Program-made: the position numbers and the translations under genes
Part shown: positions 58,978 to 64,000 of the stretch, one piece after another
Numbering within the stretch: the stretch's first letter is position 1
Layout: every line of letters starts with the position of its first letter
Assembly: GCA_963693365.1 (NCBI GenBank)
Contig: CAVNZM010000001.1
Span: 13,688,418-13,752,417 of the forward strand
From: Amoebidium appalachense
Lineage: Eukaryota; Protista; Ichthyosporea
Length of the DNA stretch: 64,000 bases
Direction of reading: 5' to 3'
Notes under the pieces: model-generated
The model's input: only the letters and a program-made list of their open reading frames with translations
Database searches by the model: none
What the model was told of the DNA's origin: nothing

Positions 58978-60499
58978 ACACACACACACGAACACACACA
59001 CACACGAACTGGCAGTCGTGACTACCTACCTACATGTCACAAATTGTTCAAATGAGCCACGCATTCCAGTGATAAAAATGGGCAGCCAATCGCTAGCGGC
59101 GAATTATTTTGACCGTAGCCACAAAAGGCTATTTTTCCAGTATCATGATTCATAATCGAACACCAAAAGAATTTCCGTAAGAATCGGAGGAAATTTCTGT
59201 CGGGAGGCTCAGCCGCGCTGTACATAGCTGCCAGCAGCCAGCTGCAAAAAAGAGTGTAAGGACTCGCGACGCAGGCGTAAAAAGAGCCAATATTAGTTGG
59301 CAAAGCCTTGCTTCCGTTTACCCGCTTCTGGCTGTATACAAACACACATGTGTCACAGTAGGTGGCATCGGCATATGCCAACACATTGAGAATGGCGTCC
59401 TTGTTCGGCCGAGGTGGCTCCGAGGCCTCCACCCGAGACACGATGCTGGAAATGGGCTCGGTAAGCTCCTTGCCTCAACAGTGATGCCCGGGGAAAAAGA
59501 TATAAAGGCGAGAGGAGGAGGGGAGATGGGGTAGGGGGGGAGGGGAGAGGAGGGGGAGAGGAGGGGGGGAGAAGGGGGGGGGAAGCAACAGTTGTGAGAA
59601 TGAAGGAGAGTGACAGTCTGAGAACCCGGACTTTGTGGTGAAAGGCGAGGAGGGGAGAGGAAGGACGGGGGGAAGGGTGGCGGGTAGGAGCGGGGGGAGA
59701 GGGGTGGGGAGGGGGTGGGGACTCGGAGGGAGGGTAAAGAAGAGGGGAGAGGGAGCGGGGAGAGTATGTGATGAGATTAAACGATAGGAAAGAGGAATGA
59801 GCTCACGGATAGACATTGGCGAACAACTCAAAAGGTAAACTGTGAAGTTTGACTGTAAACAGGCCATAGACCGAAAAACGGACAGGGGGGGCTGGCGTAG
59901 AAGGAAACCGACCGTATGCGAGGTTTCATACAGCAGTACGGTAGATTTAAGAGAATAAATAAAGGTTATGTTGTGTGCATGAATGACCAATCATATTTTC
60001 TTTGCAAAACTTTTCGACTTGCACTGGATTTTGGTTACACGCTGCTATCTTCGCGTCTCGGAGAACGAAAGTATTGATCGATTCCACAACCTTGGGACAC
60101 AAAAATTTCCTCGAAGCCAAGGTCTTCCCCTTTGTTGTCCCGCAGTAGCCGTACTTTGGGTTAGCCGCCTCACCAAACCATCCCCCCCCCCCCCCCCCCC
60201 CCCCCCTCCTCTCTTCCCCCCTCCCCCCCTTTCCCTCTCGAACACCCACATTCACCTCTTCCCATTCTCCCCCTCTCATCTAGGCCCCTCTCTCACCTTC
60301 ACATCCGGCAGAAAAGGATGGGCCGCCCGGGGGGGGGGGGAGGGGGGAGTGAGGGGAGGGGATAGGGGGGGGGGGGAGGGGGGAGAGAATGGGGATGTGG
60401 GGGATGGGGGGCAGGGTCGTGAGAGGGGAGGGGGTGGGGGTAGGGGGAGGGGGGGGGGGGGGGGGTGGAGCAAGGTGAAGGGGACCATTCTTAACTAAG

Positions 60500-61284
60500 T
60501 TTCCCACAGACGGTCGAGGAAATAGAGCCAGGGCGCACATACGAAGATATCCAAGACACTTCCGCAGAGGACAAGCCCAAATCGGGCCGCTGGTTCTCAC
60601 GAAATCGTGTAACACCCCAACCTGAAGAAGACACAGAACCAGTTATGACGAAAGAAAAATCCAAGGATAAACCCCCCGCAGTGGGGTTTTTCGACCTTTT
60701 CCGGTTCGCCACGCCTCAGGAGAAGGTGCTGCTTTTCGTGGGGGGGGTTTTGTCCGTGGCGGTGGGTGCATTGTACCCATGCTTCACCATCATGATTGGA
60801 AATATATTGAACTATCTGGCGGAGCTGATGATGTCAGTCGTTAGCAGTGATGTCCCGGGAATGTTAAGTATGGACCCCCCCCCCCCCCCCCCCCCCCGCA
60901 GATCCCCCCTCTCTCCTCCCGCTGCCCCCCCCTCCCCTCCCCCCCCCCCCCCCCCCTCGCTCCCCCCCTTCGTCTCCCAGCGTCTCCACTCGTTTTTTTT
61001 TTATGTTTTTTTTTTTAGAGTTCGTGTTGTGTGACCTATCATTATAAGAAATGTATCCCCACCCATCCCCCTTCGCTGTACTCTGAAACTCTCCGGTTCC
61101 CCCGCTCCCCCCCCCTCCCCCCACCCGGGGAAAAACTGCCCCCCCCCCTCCCCCATGCCGTGCCCCTGCCCCTGTCCCACCACCCCTCCCCCCCCCATAC
61201 ACACTCACAACCAAAAGGGGAAAAAAGCAAAAACATTATTCTTTATAACCTCCTTTCAACTGCCCCCCCCCCCCCCCTCCTCCC

Positions 61285-61315
<31 letters not shown>

Positions 61316-62384
61316 AAAAAAATTACCACTACCACGGGGCCCTCTGTTTTTCTAGCTAAATTTACACTCCCCCCCCCCCCCACCACCACCACCACCACCC
61401 CGTCACGGGGCCCTCTGTTTTTCTATCTTAATCTCTCCCCCTCCTCCCCCCCCCCCCCCCCCCCCCTAAAACCCCCACACACACACCAAAAAAAAAGAAA
61501 AGAAAAGAAAAAAGGAAAGGAAAAAAGAAATTCCCGATCCACTTTACCCCTTCCCTCTTTTCCCTATACCACATCAACTAATCAACCATAGAGAACGCAA
61601 AAACACGTCTACATCAGTGAGTAAGACACGAATGTTACATACACACTGACCCCCCCCCCTCCCCTTCCCCCCTTCCCCCCCCCCCCCCCCCCCCTCCTTC
61701 CCCCCTCCTCCTTCCTCCCCCCTCCCCTCCACCCCACTTTTTTTTTTTTTTTTTTTTTTTGGGTGCAAAAACCCAGAGGACATATTGGAAGTTCCGTGGA
61801 GGGACATCAAATCGGTCATTATGACGTCTGCGGGTCGGCAGGACGTTTTGGATGCCGCCGTGTCGGCAACTGGGCTGCTGGTGGTTGCTCAGAACGGTAA
61901 GACGTGAAACGGAATCGAAATTACCGGAATTTGGGGATGGGGTGTAGGAGTGTACTGATGATGTAATAGGGAGCAAGATGGGGAAATGGAAGAATGACGA
62001 GTATTGGGAAATGTGAGTGGATGCTTGGAGGGTAAACTTTGGAACTGCCTGCGGGTGGGAAAAAAAGCAGGAAGTCAAAGGAGTGGATGGGGGTGGATAT
62101 TATGCTTGAATCTTAAGTGTTCAAGGTGAGGTTTATGCATACGGTAATGTTTTTTTTTATTGTTTTTTTTTTTTTTTTTTTTTATTGCCGGGTAGGGTGC
62201 ATACGTGTACTTAATCAAAAACTTACGAGTCTTGCTGTTCGGGTAGGCAAAAGGCAAATTGCGGGTGCAATGTGCATGCGGTTGAATGAGTAACAGTCTC
62301 TCAAACACTAACATTTCGCACGCACACACACGCGCGCACGCAAACACACACACACACACACACAATCACACTCACGTACACACA

Positions 62385-62419
<35 letters not shown>

Positions 62420-62466
62420 CCCAAACCACCCACATATGTACACACAAGTACACACATACAGAAGGA

Positions 62467-62519
<53 letters not shown>

Positions 62520-62720
62520 CCCCTCCTCCCCCCCCCCCTCTCCCCCCCCCCTCCCCCCTCCCCCCCCCTCCTCCCCCCCCCCCCCCCCCCCCCAACACAC
62601 ACACACACACACGTACACACAGTCATTTCGGCCAACACGTACCTCAACCAGCAGGTAGACATGATTGTGCTCTATCTCGCTCTGATGGGCATCCTCGGCT
62701 TCATCTTTTCCTTCCTTCAG
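60500..62720 (+). CDS. ABCB (MDR/P-glycoprotein-like) transporter, 5' exons (~60500-60865 and 62623-62720); continues beyond the window
   Basis: [42 protein letters not shown] and [19 protein letters not shown] match ABCB1 TM1/TM2. Confidence 0.8.
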
Positions 62721-63443
62721 GTTTTACCTCCCCTCCCCCTCCTCCCCCCTCCCCCCTCCCCCCCCCCCCCCTCTCTCTCTCTCTCTCTTCTCCCCCCCCC
62801 CCCCCCTCTCCCCTCCTTTACACCACCCACCCACCCACCCCACCCCAAATTCACAAGCCCCGTCTCCTGAGTTCTTTCCTGTCTATATTTTTCTTGCTTC
62901 TGCTTACTGCTGCAACTCTAACCCCCGGCCTTTCCCACTGCCCTTGCCTGTTGCCTGCTTGCGTAAGTAGCCCTGCTCGTCTCTGATCACACCCACCCAT
63001 ATTCAAGTGAAACAGTATCTGAGTTGGGTTTCGTTGACGAGGTGAATGGGTCGATACGCGGGTACTGTGAATGACGTGGGCCCCCTCTGACGATGGGCTC
63101 TGCTTATTATGCATACCCTTTGTGTGGTTTGCATTCTGCATCGTGTTGCCTGTTATGTGTACTTCGTACTTTATGGCGCGTTCAACCCCCCTCCCCCCCA
63201 ACACCTACCCACCCACCTAACCTCTCCCGCCCCCCCCCCCCCCCCCCCCCTCTCCCCTACTCCTCCCCCCACCCTTCTCCCGCCCTTCCTTCTTGCTTTT
63301 ATCTTTGGCATATCCATAAAATACTAGGCTGTTACTTCCTACCCCTTTACTAAATGGACTGCTCAGTAGAGGTGTATGCATGCTCGAATAGTACACCCAC
63401 ACACGCATGCAAGCACATGCATGCATGCAGGCAGGTAGGCACA

Positions 63444-63504
<61 letters not shown>

Positions 63505-63599
63505 CACAGCACAGCACAGCACATTTATGGGTGCACACAAAAAGACACCCTGAACATACACGCCCCACACAGCCTGCAAGACAAAAACTCACTACAACA

Positions 63600-63643
<44 letters not shown>

Positions 63644-64000
63644 TTCCCCAGACACCACATCCACGAAAACATTATACAGACAAACACGGGCACTCCGACA
63701 CACACAAAGACACACACGCACACATGCCCGCGTGTGTGCACGGCAGACACAGGCACATGACATGCACACACCTAGACACAAACACACAAACACACACCCA
63801 ATCACCTCCCCACCCAATCACACACACACACACACACACACACAAAAACCAACCCACCTACTCGCCCCCTCCCCCCAATCCCCATCCCTGCCTTCCCACC
63901 CACACACCCACCCACTCACACACAGGCCCTTACCCACCCATACTCAGCCCCTCTCCCCCTCCTTGCCCCTTCTCCCCACACCCACACACCTTCCCCCTCA

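Noticed and set aside
59037-60170. Minus-strand ORF fragments, possibly a degenerate gene or retroelement
   Set aside because: No diagnostic motif recognised; too weak to call

Overview
Eukaryotic genomic DNA (spliceosomal introns, very abundant poly-G/poly-C, (CA)n and (GA)n tracts; the host cannot be identified from sequence alone). The main feature is a complete, ~26.1-kb integrated Polinton-like DNA virus (16748-42812). It has ~460-bp near-identical TIRs and a 5-bp TSD (ATGGG). It encodes a terminal protein-vOTU-pPolB polyprotein, an A32-type ATPase, major and minor capsid proteins and a truncated rve integrase. Its unusual cargo includes a VLTF3-like transcription factor, a 7-TM membrane protein and three fibre/spike paralogs, one ending in a toxin-like GxIPVVGD hairpin. 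The virus sits inside a 5'-truncated RNase H-containing LINE (13983-43672, 13-bp TSD), and that LINE splits exon 1 of a host gene encoding a secreted Cys-repeat protein, giving a three-level nest. A second LINE with both ORFs intact (~4963-9600) shows complementarity between its 3' UTR and the start of ORF2. Fragments of host genes (RBR E3 ligase-like, ABCB transporter, unknown) flank these elements. Several viral genes are broken by single indels in homopolymer runs, which may be sequencing errors. All homology calls come from motif recognition by eye; no database searches were run.
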